In this document: positions 10,966 through 21,371 of the stretch, one piece after another
Layout of the letters: the number at the start of each line of letters is the position of its first letter
How positions within the stretch are numbered: the first letter of the stretch is position 1
DNA from: a virus
Taxonomy: Duplodnaviria; Caudoviricetes
Virus record (IMG/VR): IMGVR_UViG_3300014205_000183
DNA length: 64,000 nt
Direction: 5' to 3' (one strand)
The notes under the pieces: generated by a model
Databases searched by the model: none
Told to the model about the DNA's origin: nothing
What the model saw: only the letters and a program-made list of their open reading frames with translations
Made by a program: the position numbers and the translations under genes

Positions 10966-11611
10966 TTTTAATATACCAGGCTAGAATTTGATAATTGCCC
11001 ATCAATCTAACCTGATACCCTAAGTCCATTAGAGTCTCAATATTAGGTTGCCCTTTGTAATTCAAATACACATTGTTCGCACATTTCTCCATATTTAAAG
11101 GACCCATGTGATGGGACAGCCCACAGCTTGTAATAAAAGCAGTTTTACGAGTCACCTGTGTCATTTGTTTAGCAATAGCTGCGGAAACATCCTCATCAAC
11201 GTGTTCTAGCGTTTCGCAACACTGCACATGATCAAATGCATTTTGTCCAAATCGTTCCAATACCTTATCAGCCGACAATTCTATACCATCAAAGCCGGGA
11301 GTAACGTTCATGTCACTAATATGTATATCACTGGCAATGCGTGGAGGTAAAAAATTATTAACGTGCTCCCACACGCAAAGCACGCCTGCATTACCGGTGC
11401 CTAAATCAAGCACACCGGTTCCCGAAGGCATAACCCCACCAAATGCAGTAGTAAATAAGGCTGCGTGGGAAGGAGGATACGGAATCACCAGTTCTGGATG
11501 TCGTAAAAATAATTCTCTGGTCTTGTCTTCTCGGACGATAACTTCATCTGCATTATAACAAGTAGTTTTAAGTTCTTGATATACTGCTTCACGGTGTGCT
11601 GCATCAAACAT
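10958..11611 (-). CDS. Class I SAM-dependent methyltransferase
   Basis: VLDLGTG, FDHVQCCETLEH. Confidence 0.8.
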   Translation of the reverse strand: MFDAAHREAVYQELKTTCYNADEVIVREDKTRELFLRHPELVIPYPPSHAALFTTAFGGVMPSGTGVLDLGTGNAGVLCVWEHVNNFLPPRIASDIHISDMNVTPGFDGIELSADKVLERFGQNAFDHVQCCETLEHVDEDVSAAIAKQMTQVTRKTAFITSCGLSHHMGPLNMEKCANNVYLNYKGQPNIETLMDLGYQVRLMGNYQILAWYIKNV

Positions 11612-13322
11612 GTAACGCTCCTTTATTTTCTACTATTGTCCGCCAGGTATCCTGACAGAATTGGGCATAACCTGCCCTAGAATAATCACCCCTACGATCT
11701 GTAGCTACAGGAAACAGCCCTTGTAATGGAACGTGTAATCCTACTTTCTCTTCACAATCTATGATATCATCTGGAACGATACCTCTGGCAATATCTCTAA
11801 TAGCTCGCTTGGTTATAAAATTTTTACCATCAAAATGTATCTTCTGTTCATCTGGCAGCCCGAGTGCTCCTTGGTATACCTCATCATCTAAAAAAGGTGC
11901 ACGTGCCTCAATACCCGCACAACCAGCGGCACGGTCATTCATCTGCACCAGTGATGGTAGAGTAAAGGCTATTTCCATCTGGGTAACAAATTGTAAAACA
12001 GAAATGGCGTTTTTAGCTAACCCGTAAGCAGCACACAACGCCCAAGGAGGAATGACATCTCCGCCCCGTTTAATTAAATGAAGAAAGGCAGATGCCCACA
12101 TAACTCGTTCACCTAAATTCATTTCTATATTAGCAACACCACCATGATAATAGTCCATAAGCGGCTGGTAGCGTGCATACTTGGAACGGAATAGCATATC
12201 CTCATAAAACAACAAGTCTCTAAAATAACCGCAGAATAATTCATCAGCTCCTTGCCCTGTCAATACTGCCTTTACATATTTAGAGGCTTCAGCAGCCAAC
12301 GCAAAATCAGCAATTGGGGATTGCGTAGCCAAGGGACCGTCCGTATAATACACAGTTCGGGCAACGGCTTCTCTAGTAATCTCCGGTTTAACCACGTGAT
12401 GTACAGCACCTATACGTTTGGCGACCTTAGCAGCGAAGGCATACTCTCGCTTCCCAATAGAAGTATTGAAAGCACATGTAAATACGTGCTTCGGTCTAGC
12501 TATGCAGCAAATCAAGGCGGAATCTAATCCGCCAGAAAGATAAGCCCCTATTTCATGATTACCATGATCAGAACGTTCTACGATAGCATTATAGAGCAAA
12601 TCACCAACATTGGCAGTGGTCTGTGGGTTATTCCATTTTTTAAGCTGTTCAAATGCACCTCTAAAAGAAAAACCGTTATCAGTTTTCTTAAACACAACAC
12701 AGTGATTAGCGGGAACAGTAGCTATACCTGGCACCATAGATGAGAGAGGTAAACCTCCCTTTAATGCAGGCATTCCAGCGACATCAAAAACCTGAGTTTC
12801 AAGAAAATCAATATCCGAATATTCTACAGCCGCAACTTCTAAAAAAGGCAATAATGCCTTACTTTCAGAAGAAAAATAGATATGTTTAGTATTCTCATTT
12901 TGATAAAAATACAAAGGTCGTTCACCAAAAAAATCACGACATAGGGTTAATAATTGCTTTTTATTATTCCAATAAGCAAAAGCATATTGGCCATGCAATT
13001 CAGGAAGATATCTTACCCCCTGTACATTAAGGTCTTCCCATAGTAATTGATGTTGTTGAAGTACATGAAAAAGATACTCTGTGTCCGTCTTATACTGTTC
13101 TTTAGGATAACCAAAAAGTTCACCATTAAATAGTAACCAATCACCATCTCTGTGTATAATATCCGCAGTCTGCTCTTGTCCGGTAATAGCTAATCTGGCA
13201 AAACCCAATTCAAAATCCCCATACAAGGCTCTACGCATGTCATCAGGTCCACGATGTCGAACTCGCTTCAGCATCTCCGCAGATGCCCAGCCTTTTTCAG
13301 TTGTGCCAACAATACCGCACAT
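11604..13322 (-). CDS. asnB: Asparagine synthase (glutamine-hydrolysing)-like amidotransferase
   Basis: MCGIVG, HRGPD, FNGE, LSGGLDS, LTGQGADELF, EARAPFLD. Confidence 0.93.
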   Translation of the reverse strand: MCGIVGTTEKGWASAEMLKRVRHRGPDDMRRALYGDFELGFARLAITGQEQTADIIHRDGDWLLFNGELFGYPKEQYKTDTEYLFHVLQQHQLLWEDLNVQGVRYLPELHGQYAFAYWNNKKQLLTLCRDFFGERPLYFYQNENTKHIYFSSESKALLPFLEVAAVEYSDIDFLETQVFDVAGMPALKGGLPLSSMVPGIATVPANHCVVFKKTDNGFSFRGAFEQLKKWNNPQTTANVGDLLYNAIVERSDHGNHEIGAYLSGGLDSALICCIARPKHVFTCAFNTSIGKREYAFAAKVAKRIGAVHHVVKPEITREAVARTVYYTDGPLATQSPIADFALAAEASKYVKAVLTGQGADELFCGYFRDLLFYEDMLFRSKYARYQPLMDYYHGGVANIEMNLGERVMWASAFLHLIKRGGDVIPPWALCAAYGLAKNAISVLQFVTQMEIAFTLPSLVQMNDRAAGCAGIEARAPFLDDEVYQGALGLPDEQKIHFDGKNFITKRAIRDIARGIVPDDIIDCEEKVGLHVPLQGLFPVATDRRGDYSRAGYAQFCQDTWRTIVENKGALHV

Positions 13323-13326
13323 TTAA

Positions 13327-14325
13327 TTAAATCCCCACTCTATAGGTTGTTCCACGAAACTCATCACGGTCTGCACGAAGATCAAAATGAGCATTAGCCC
13401 GCCAACGAGTAGGAGTCTTCATAATCGCCCATATTCGATACTCCCCTCTTGTAACTTTGATGCCGTTAACCTCACCAATATGACCCCATAAAAATGGGTG
13501 TACGGATTGCATAACCTTATTATCATCACCAAGGTATTCATACACACAACACTGCCTATCTAAGATAGTATGCACCCCATAATTATTGAGGCGCAGGCCG
13601 TAATCACAATCCTGGGGTTCAGGAACGCCATCATAGTCCTCATCATTACCATTGATAGCTAACGAGGCTTCTAGCGACATAGACATATTACGGCCGTAGC
13701 ACCAAGCCCCGGAAACCAACTCATAATCCCCAATCATAATCGGCTTACCACTAGGCTGAGGATAGTTGGCGTATGCCCTCGGGTCGTCAGCAAGCGAAGC
13801 AGAAGTGTCTCTTAAGTTCTGTGTATTATTAGCATCAAAAGAACCTGTGCGACAAAACGCATTGTTTAAATCAAACGGCTCATGCGTAGCCAAGTCTGCA
13901 ACATTGTGCCAATCTTTAAAAGACCATCCGAGACCAACCATGTGGCAGGGGTTACCGTCGTAGGAATAGGTAACCTGGTTACCCTTATAATGTCTATACA
14001 AAAAGTCGGGCTTAAACCAAATATTATCATCTACCCAGACCAGAATATCCCCTTGTGCCTCCATGATACCGCTGTTCCTGGCGTTAGACATGGCAGGCAT
14101 ATTAAAGTCATGATAGATGGACCATTTAGGTTCTATAACTCTAACAGGGAATTTGCCTCCCACAATTCGACGTACAATATTATAATATGTCGGACGGGTA
14201 CGTAATTTCCTATCCACTATGACCCATTCAAAATCAGTAAAAGTTTGATCAACCAGGCATTGCGCCATCTTATCAAGATTGGGGTTATCCCGGCAGGTGC
14301 AAGTTATAACAGATATCTTTGGCAC
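13327..14325 (-). CDS. GT2-family glycosyltransferase
   Basis: ISVI, FEWVIVD, ARNSG, VWVDD, QDCDYG. Confidence 0.85.
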   Translation of the reverse strand: MPKISVITCTCRDNPNLDKMAQCLVDQTFTDFEWVIVDRKLRTRPTYYNIVRRIVGGKFPVRVIEPKWSIYHDFNMPAMSNARNSGIMEAQGDILVWVDDNIWFKPDFLYRHYKGNQVTYSYDGNPCHMVGLGWSFKDWHNVADLATHEPFDLNNAFCRTGSFDANNTQNLRDTSASLADDPRAYANYPQPSGKPIMIGDYELVSGAWCYGRNMSMSLEASLAINGNDEDYDGVPEPQDCDYGLRLNNYGVHTILDRQCCVYEYLGDDNKVMQSVHPFLWGHIGEVNGIKVTRGEYRIWAIMKTPTRWRANAHFDLRADRDEFRGTTYRVGI

Positions 14326-15039
14326 TTATTGTCTCCGAAATAAATTAAGAATCCAAGGTCTGTCACTTGCGGCAAGATGACCATCAAAATCCTCAGCAGC
14401 TACTACAGGTGCAATCGGCTGTGGCTTATTTTCTATCATAACAGGTACTGTTACAATAACAGGCGGCCGCATCTCTAGTGAAAGAGGCACGATCACCCTA
14501 CTACGTGTGGTGGGAGGTAATTTAGCGTAAATACGCTTCCATACCGACTCTAACCCCTCGTTAATTAATATCTGATACAAATCGGATGCTTTGAAACCAT
14601 ATCTATTCTGAGCATGCGGGTACTCTTTAAAGTTAGTCCAATTACCTGCCCACTCCATCCCCAGACTTTTAACAATCTTTCCATATGCTGCCCAATTAAC
14701 TTTTTGAGTTTTGCCTGTTGCATCAATGTATGTGTCTTTCCAACTCCATTGCATACCTATTTTAGTTTGGTCACCATCGGGGACCGCATCGAAGGCTAAT
14801 CCATATGTGTGGAAACCCATACCCGGTTTGGCGTTTGTAACCACCGCCTTAGAATTAGTAACTACCCAAATACCATTTTGCTGTGTACGACCCTGTGAAA
14901 AGCGATCAAGCTGACGCTCCAGGCTTCTATAGGTCTCAAATACATATAAATCAAGCTCAGTCATCTTGCGGGCAGCTTTTGCAACCTGCTCTGCAAATGG
15001 TGGAAATAATGTATCAAGGGAGCGTATAACCGTACTCAT
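14326..15039 (-). CDS. M15-family peptidoglycan peptidase (endolysin-like)
   Basis: ETYRS, VTNAKPG.GFHTYGLAFD, WAGNW..FKEYPH. Confidence 0.88.
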   Translation of the reverse strand: MSTVIRSLDTLFPPFAEQVAKAARKMTELDLYVFETYRSLERQLDRFSQGRTQQNGIWVVTNSKAVVTNAKPGMGFHTYGLAFDAVPDGDQTKIGMQWSWKDTYIDATGKTQKVNWAAYGKIVKSLGMEWAGNWTNFKEYPHAQNRYGFKASDLYQILINEGLESVWKRIYAKLPPTTRSRVIVPLSLEMRPPVIVTVPVMIENKPQPIAPVVAAEDFDGHLAASDRPWILNLFRRQ

Positions 15040-15106
15040 TGTAAAGGCCTCCTTATGCAAAGGAATATAAATAAAGTATTATGGAATACCAACAAAAAAA
15101 TAAATA

Positions 15107-15442
15107 TTATTCTATTCGATCTGTGTAGTGAAATCCTTGAAATCCCCTATGAGGTATAGGTGTTTTTAAATATACAGGTGGGCATGCCAAAAGTAAATTA
15201 AGACCAAACCACACTCGCCCAGTAACAGCACAAACAGGGTCTTGGATGTATCCTTTAAAAATGTGATAACAAGTAATAAAACCCTGCTCAATAAAGTATA
15301 CTCTATCGCCCACATTTAACTTAGTAGGCTTTTTTGGTACCTTCCAAAATTGCACTACTGCATCTTTAAATTGAGAAACGACTACATCTTCTTTTACTTG
15401 ATTGCCTGTTTCAGATTTTGGAATAGTTACTAGTAAATCCAT
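15107..15442 (-). CDS. Hypothetical protein, possible PUA/EVE-like fold
   Basis: GDRVYF and PIPHRGFQGF pattern. Confidence 0.5.
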   Translation of the reverse strand: MDLLVTIPKSETGNQVKEDVVVSQFKDAVVQFWKVPKKPTKLNVGDRVYFIEQGFITCYHIFKGYIQDPVCAVTGRVWFGLNLLLACPPVYLKTPIPHRGFQGFHYTDRIE

Positions 15443-16551
15443 TAGTCAACTCCTCCCATAACCCTATTAGAAAACATCATATCTTTTCCCAGATACCCGG
15501 TAGTTACAATATCCATATCTAGGTCCAACGCTGAAGGGCAGAATGTTCGTGTAACATCCGTATGCGTAAGCCCTAATAATCCGCCTAGACTACTATTAAT
15601 CATGAAACGACCTGAAAAACCCATGAGCACCGCAAACTGTGACTCGTAAGCTAAACCTGTCTTCAACATCTCGACATACAGCTTCTTAGACTGAGTATAA
15701 CATTTGAGTATCTCATCCAACAATGCCTCATCTTTGATGTAGATTTCATACTGCTCAGCGTTATTTATACCGAAAAAAGGAGTCCAGATTTGCCGTTGAA
15801 GATTCACCTGGAAAGGTGGATTAGCCTGACGGAAGCTCATGTATGCCTGAAAGTCAGAAACAAATTCATAGGTTAGCGCCTGGCCAAAATCAAGCCCTGA
15901 GCGTAACGCCATATTATCTTCTGAGGCCGGGTTCATATATTCTTTAAGCATATTATCCCACACCTCCTTATCAATAGAAGGTATAAGCAGCCTCAGCTGA
16001 TTCATTGGCTGCATTACCCAGGGATATATCAAATTGGCCAGTAAATATTCAGTATAAAAACCACTATCATTTTGTATAAATGTTGTACGGCCTACATCTC
16101 GCTGCGGTGTATATCCGGCGCACAAACGTTGACCCACCTTCTCTACCGCCTGCATCTGCTTCTTAACTGTTGCCACATCCCAAACATTGCCCGGGACCAG
16201 GGGTTCCAATATTTGATTTGTTACCGGACCGGCTAAGACCTCCAATGTTCGTGCATTAGGAACTACATCCTCTGCAACCATATCAATTTTTAATGCATTT
16301 AGTTGAGTACCTATGGGAAGAAGCGACTGGGCCACCCAAGTAGCAAGCGGATTTTTATGTCCCTGGCTCTCTAAGTGCTCCTTAACTTTGTGGTAAGTCT
16401 GAATAAAAAATGACATGTTATTAGCATAATATTCACCAACCGAGGAGTCCATGATATGCGCTGGGCGTGTAAAATCAGACATAATCAGTTCAGACAACAG
16501 TGTGAGATTGGGATTGATTACAGACGCGCCATCAAGGTCAAGTATGTGCAT
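15442..16551 (-). CDS. ThyX-like (FAD thymidylate synthase fold) protein, degenerate
   Basis: YEFVSDFQAYMSFRQ...LQRQIWTPFFG and QFAVLMGF resemble tandem-type ThyX; RHR motif absent. Confidence 0.5.
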   Translation of the reverse strand: MHILDLDGASVINPNLTLLSELIMSDFTRPAHIMDSSVGEYYANNMSFFIQTYHKVKEHLESQGHKNPLATWVAQSLLPIGTQLNALKIDMVAEDVVPNARTLEVLAGPVTNQILEPLVPGNVWDVATVKKQMQAVEKVGQRLCAGYTPQRDVGRTTFIQNDSGFYTEYLLANLIYPWVMQPMNQLRLLIPSIDKEVWDNMLKEYMNPASEDNMALRSGLDFGQALTYEFVSDFQAYMSFRQANPPFQVNLQRQIWTPFFGINNAEQYEIYIKDEALLDEILKCYTQSKKLYVEMLKTGLAYESQFAVLMGFSGRFMINSSLGGLLGLTHTDVTRTFCPSALDLDMDIVTTGYLGKDMMFSNRVMGGVD

Positions 16552-16568
16552 AGATTCTCCTATATAAT

Positions 16569-17111
16569 TTAAGTAAGCACTTTCTCCGGCTTAACAGTCG
16601 CTAGTATAAATTCAAATTGATTGTTTCTAACAATATAATCACTAAACCGTGTAACAGACAAACGGTCGGCGTACTGTTCCTCCCCTGCACCCCTATTTAC
16701 AGTAAAGTACCCAATCAAAGAAGGTGACCCTGGAGTAATAATGAATTTATACTTGACAGCATGCTTATCTATAGGCGTTACCCCTTCTAGGCTCCGTATA
16801 CTGGTCGTAGTTTTAAGCAACTGTATAATCGCTTTTGTTAACACCGTTTTTTGATCACGTTGGCGCAATCGGATCTCCTATGAGTTCGAAATCCAAATAC
16901 TTTACTTCCTGCCCACACAATACACAACGATCCTCAGCAAGTATTATGAAGGTCTTAGAATCTCGTCGGACCAACAACATACCTGTATAACAAAAAGGGC
17001 ATTCCCGTTTAAAAACAGAATCTGGTGATGAAGGAACCAATGCGCGGTGGTGTATTTCTACTGGTGGCTTATGCATATTTATGCCAGCCAGATTTTTTGT
17101 TTTATTCATGA
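16569..17111 (-). CDS. Two small hypothetical ORFs (16569-16868; 16855-~17111 with two CxxC)
   Basis: ORF track; operon packing. Confidence 0.5.
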
Positions 17112-17113
17112 TC

Positions 17114-18070
17114 TTACCGGTTATCCATCTGTGGAACATACGCATAACCTGATAAAACTTGGGAGTAGTTTCCCCAACCGTCATCCGCAATAGCCTGTGT
17201 CCTAATAGCCTCTTCAATATGTCCAAGACTGCTCACCATATAATCTGCGTGATGCACTGCTAAGGCCTCCCGGGTGGCGGGTTTAATATCACCAAACTGA
17301 CCGTGATGGGCTAAAATGCAGTGCCGAATGTGGTTTATGGTTTTGGTATCCACTAAAATGTTTCCTAACACCATAAAATGCGCAATTAATTCCAACGCCA
17401 TTACTGCGTGTGAAACCAAACGTGCTTCTGGGGCGTAGGTCATGTCACCTGTGTATTCCTTGACTTTGCCTATATCGTGATACAAGGCGCAAAAGAATAC
17501 CACGTTCATATCCATACCTTTAGACAACAATAGTTGATTATTAAGGATGGATAGTACCTCCCACGTATGCTTGGCCAAGCCACCGCGTAGAGCTTCATGA
17601 TTCTTCTTAGCCGCCGGAGTAATGGTTAAATGCGGCTCCATATATTCAAACAACATCTGTGATAATTTTAAAATACTTGGGTCAGTGAAAGCGGTGGACC
17701 ACTGTTTTAATTCTATGATATACTTTTGAAGCTCATCTGCGGGAACAGTAGGTAGACATCTATTTTTAAATTCAGATAAATCACTAACATCGGTGATTAT
17801 TCCCATGTGTGTAGCCCATACCTGTATACTACCTTTACTTTCTCCGATAACGCCTATAGCGTGTGCGACATCGCCCGGTTTAAAAACAGGCAGCGTTTTA
17901 TTATTCTCAAATAAAGTCCCCATTACTGGATTTGCCATAATGTCAAATCCTGACCAAGCAAGATATTTAGTTTGATTAGACGCCGTGCGGATAGAGGTGG
18001 TTTGAATATAAACCCAGCCATCAGCAGACGTTGCGACGGGGAGGCCCGAGAGAGCATTAGAATTTAGCAT
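17114..18070 (-). CDS. yhaM: YhaM/Cbf1-like 3'-5' exoribonuclease (OB + HD)
   Basis: PAAKKNHE..GGLAKHT, YHDIGKVKEY, ILAHHG, PATREA..VHHAD. Confidence 0.87.
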   Translation of the reverse strand: MLNSNALSGLPVATSADGWVYIQTTSIRTASNQTKYLAWSGFDIMANPVMGTLFENNKTLPVFKPGDVAHAIGVIGESKGSIQVWATHMGIITDVSDLSEFKNRCLPTVPADELQKYIIELKQWSTAFTDPSILKLSQMLFEYMEPHLTITPAAKKNHEALRGGLAKHTWEVLSILNNQLLLSKGMDMNVVFFCALYHDIGKVKEYTGDMTYAPEARLVSHAVMALELIAHFMVLGNILVDTKTINHIRHCILAHHGQFGDIKPATREALAVHHADYMVSSLGHIEEAIRTQAIADDGWGNYSQVLSGYAYVPQMDNR

Positions 18071-18152
18071 CAGTTCATCCTTTGTTAACCAGTAATTAAG
18101 ATATATCGTACAAAACCAAAAACCAATAAAAATAAATAATCTAAAACGTTAT

Positions 18153-19544
18153 TTATAATCTGCTATTTATATACGGCCAAACCTCACTACCATAACAAGC
18201 CTCCATAGCAGCCTCAAAGATATACTGACCAGTCTCCTCAACATGCTCGTGATTTTCTATACTCCCAATATATGCCTTACAAAGATCATGTACTTGCGTA
18301 AAATCAGGATTCGAGTGCAGCTCCAGTGTCTTATTAACGGGAACTGGTGGTGCCAATTGCGTATTTTTGCCAATAGCGTTCAAAATCTTTAAAGCAATCT
18401 CCGGGTCTGATTTTATTCTTCCCTCTAACTCCCAGCAGCGGTCACACAACTTCGTGCCCAACATAATTGTAGGCTCACCGCAAATGCGGCAGGGAATAGT
18501 GCTCATAGGGTACCGCCTGTTTCTAAAGGTACTGTATTCTCTTCTGGAAGGTCTTCGAACGCACCTTCATTAACAGCCATTAAACTCTTGATTTCTTGAA
18601 TTTGTAGGCTGATAGTTTTCTTGAAAACATCTGGAACAGACTGTGTTGTACCTTCGGGTATTGGAGGTCTGCGATGCGGGTCATCTACTTTAAAATTGAA
18701 TTTAGTTGTGGCATACTTCTCCTCATCACGCATTGACCGCCAGGCAGCCAATACTTTGGATTCATCTGCCACCTTAAACAGATATTTAATATCGCTCTTT
18801 GTATAAATGACTATCATAACACCTCGCTAACCAATTTAGAAAAAGACTCCGGTTCTACTATGACCTCTTTACCATCTTTTTCCCGCTCCAGAGTTACTAA
18901 TGACCGCCCATGTAACTTCTTTACTTTATAGGTGGTCTTGGCCTTACCGTGGGCTATAAAACGCATACCCTCGGTGTATGCTGTGTGCGTAAGGGTAGAG
19001 GCCATTAACGGCTCCTCTTACTGTTATAGCTATTGAACGCCTGCTGCTCAGCACGGTCGGCGAGTTCCTTCCTTCTGCGACGTTGCGCCGGGGTCAGCTG
19101 CTCATCCGGTATGGCATCCTCATCATCATGCTTGTCATACCAAGCACCGCCTTTGCCCTTCTTTGGCTTAGAATGACTAGGTGTTACTGGAGCAGGTGCG
19201 GTTGTCTGCGCCTGAACAGGTGAAATCTTCGGCGGTGGCGCCACCATAGAAACCATCTCCGCGGGTGGCAACCCCATAAAACCCTGTTTCAAAGTATGCT
19301 TATCTTCGTATCCCTCAACTGTCAGTACACTATAACTTACATCTATTAGGCCGCTGGTGTCATTAGCGTTACTTTGCAGAGTAAGATAGTGTCGCAGTGT
19401 CGATATAGTCTTGGCTCGGTCTATGCGCACGGTGCCGCTTTCTCGTTTTACTCCCAACATATCTTCCGGGGCCTGGAAGGAACCTTCGACATGCCTCTTA
19501 CCAACCAACACAGCTTTATACCTTATTGTCGCGAAACCATTCAT
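18153..19544 (-). CDS. Four hypothetical ORFs (18153-18506, 18503-18817, 18814-19005, 19005-19544)
   Basis: Overlapping start/stop codons. Confidence 0.6.
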
Positions 19545-19888
19545 TTGATCACCCTTCTTTTAAATTGTATGTAATAAACTCGCCCGAGAGTCAGTTTTCA
19601 CAGGGAACCCTCGGACGAGTAACCCAGGGGAGGTAGTCCACCCAGATTTGTTAAAAATTTGAAAACCACAATAATAAACCATCTAATTGTCCTGCCTGTA
19701 TTGATAGACCGAGTACTTGTAAACAAAAAAGAAGTGCAAATCCCCAGGCCATAAAAGCCTCCCTATTACCATCTTGAAAAGATAGCATTAGCCCTAATAT
19801 TATCACAATCAACAATAAAGCATTTATTATAATCTGGTAGTGCATATCAAAGCTCCTAAAGAGGCCGGTATTACCCGGCCACATGTTT

Positions 19889-20818
19889 TTAAAGTGCCAT
19901 TGCAGTTTCAAATGCCAACTGTTTAACATCCGCCCCGTGTCCAAGCAGTACAGAAGAATAGCGACGATCTTCGTCATTACGATTCGTATAATGATCAATA
20001 TATTCTGTAGTGCCATTGAATAAATCCCATGCGCTACCTTGACCATTACCTTTACCGTTCTCAAACAGATTGGTGATATCTACTCGTTTAGCCCCGACCT
20101 TTGGGCGACGAACCTTTCTCGAAACACCATCTATCTCCTGTATCTCAATCGGCTTACCTACAACAGTATCCAGGAATCTTTCAACCATTGCGCGGTCAAG
20201 CTGCTTCTGAGCGAGGTATTGACATTTTTCTTGAAAAGCTACAAAAGTATCCTGAGACATATTAAAGACCTTAACAGCCTCAGAAAAACGCTCAGCCAAC
20301 GTGGTGCCTTTATGCTGAATACGAATCTCATCTTTACGACCCGCCCACATCAAGCGAAACTGATTAGCACACCATGCGCGAAGAGTTCCACTGAATGCCA
20401 ATACTGAACCACCACCATCATGGTGATTAGAAAGATTGATGTATTTATCAACATGGTCGCCTGGGCGTACATCAAAACCGCCATTAATCTTCATCTGAAG
20501 TAAGATATTAGCACCACCATTGAGACAGTAGGCATGCTCATATGTTGCACCATAGCGTTCAACAAGTGTATCTGCAAAGGCAAATGCCTCATGGTTCTGG
20601 AGTGGAGTATACTTGAGACCTACGACGCCAATTACCGCCTGATTATCAGAGCGATAGAGAGCCTTGCGCTGAGGGACAGGCAAACCATTAGTGGTTATTA
20701 ATTCAGACTGTTCCACAGTCCAATTAAGACCAGCAATAGACATTGCCTCCTCTGCCGTTTTAGCTGACTGAAGTGCTGCGTGTACAACCTGAGTCTGAAT
20801 TGTGCTTGGTGTGTTCAT
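19889..20818 (-). CDS. DUF932 / LGT_TIGR03299-family protein
   Basis: AGLNWTV, YTPLQNHEAF, NHHDG, R..CANQ, SAWDLFNGTTEYIDH. Confidence 0.85.
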   Translation of the reverse strand: MNTPSTIQTQVVHAALQSAKTAEEAMSIAGLNWTVEQSELITTNGLPVPQRKALYRSDNQAVIGVVGLKYTPLQNHEAFAFADTLVERYGATYEHAYCLNGGANILLQMKINGGFDVRPGDHVDKYINLSNHHDGGGSVLAFSGTLRAWCANQFRLMWAGRKDEIRIQHKGTTLAERFSEAVKVFNMSQDTFVAFQEKCQYLAQKQLDRAMVERFLDTVVGKPIEIQEIDGVSRKVRRPKVGAKRVDITNLFENGKGNGQGSAWDLFNGTTEYIDHYTNRNDEDRRYSSVLLGHGADVKQLAFETAMAL

Positions 20819-20875
20819 GATACTACCTCCTAAAATGTTTTTGTCGAGCAGACCCTGTATCCGTCCGACAATTAT

Positions 20876-20904
20876 AATATAATGATTCTAAAATTCAAAG
20901 TCAA
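20876..20904 (-). promoter_or_regulatory. Sigma70-type promoter
   Basis: TTGACT-17-TATATT with T-rich upstream tract. Confidence 0.7.
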
Positions 20905-21266
20905 CAAAAAAATATAAAAATAAGTGACGCTATGGTGATAAGAGTACATAAGCTAGCACGAGATGAAGGTGGCTTGCTATTGTAATACTCTCGCCAATCT
21001 GGGAGATCTGCTGCTCTACAGCTTTTAGGAACATCAACAGTTACATTAAAATGATTCTCAATTTTAACCTGTACCAAGATCTCACCGCTAATCTCATTAG
21101 TCACTGCACGACAAATCACCTTTTGCGTGTTTGGCTTCCTGGTGCTATTTTTTACATACTGAGCATTAACGACGCGCATAACATCCTCGGCACAGTTAGC
21201 GGACTTAAGAGCATCGCGTAAGGCCTCTACATCGCGTAAGGCTTCTGCTTCAATTGCTGCGTTCAT
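20901..21266 (-). CDS. Hypothetical protein
   Basis: AGGAGG RBS; own promoter. Confidence 0.6.
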   Translation of the reverse strand: MNAAIEAEALRDVEALRDALKSANCAEDVMRVVNAQYVKNSTRKPNTQKVICRAVTNEISGEILVQVKIENHFNVTVDVPKSCRAADLPDWREYYNSKPPSSRASLCTLITIASLIFIFFC

Positions 21267-21323
21267 CTGTTACCTCCTTAGTTATGCTTGCCAGATAAAC
21301 CCTGTATTCATCCGACACTATAT

Positions 21324-21352
21324 AATTTAATATATAGCATAATAAAAGTCAA
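21324..21352 (-). promoter_or_regulatory. Sigma70-type promoter
   Basis: TTGACT-17-TAAATT; same upstream motif TTTTTATGTTGACTTTT. Confidence 0.7.
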
Positions 21353-21371
21353 CATAAAAATAAAAAAATAA

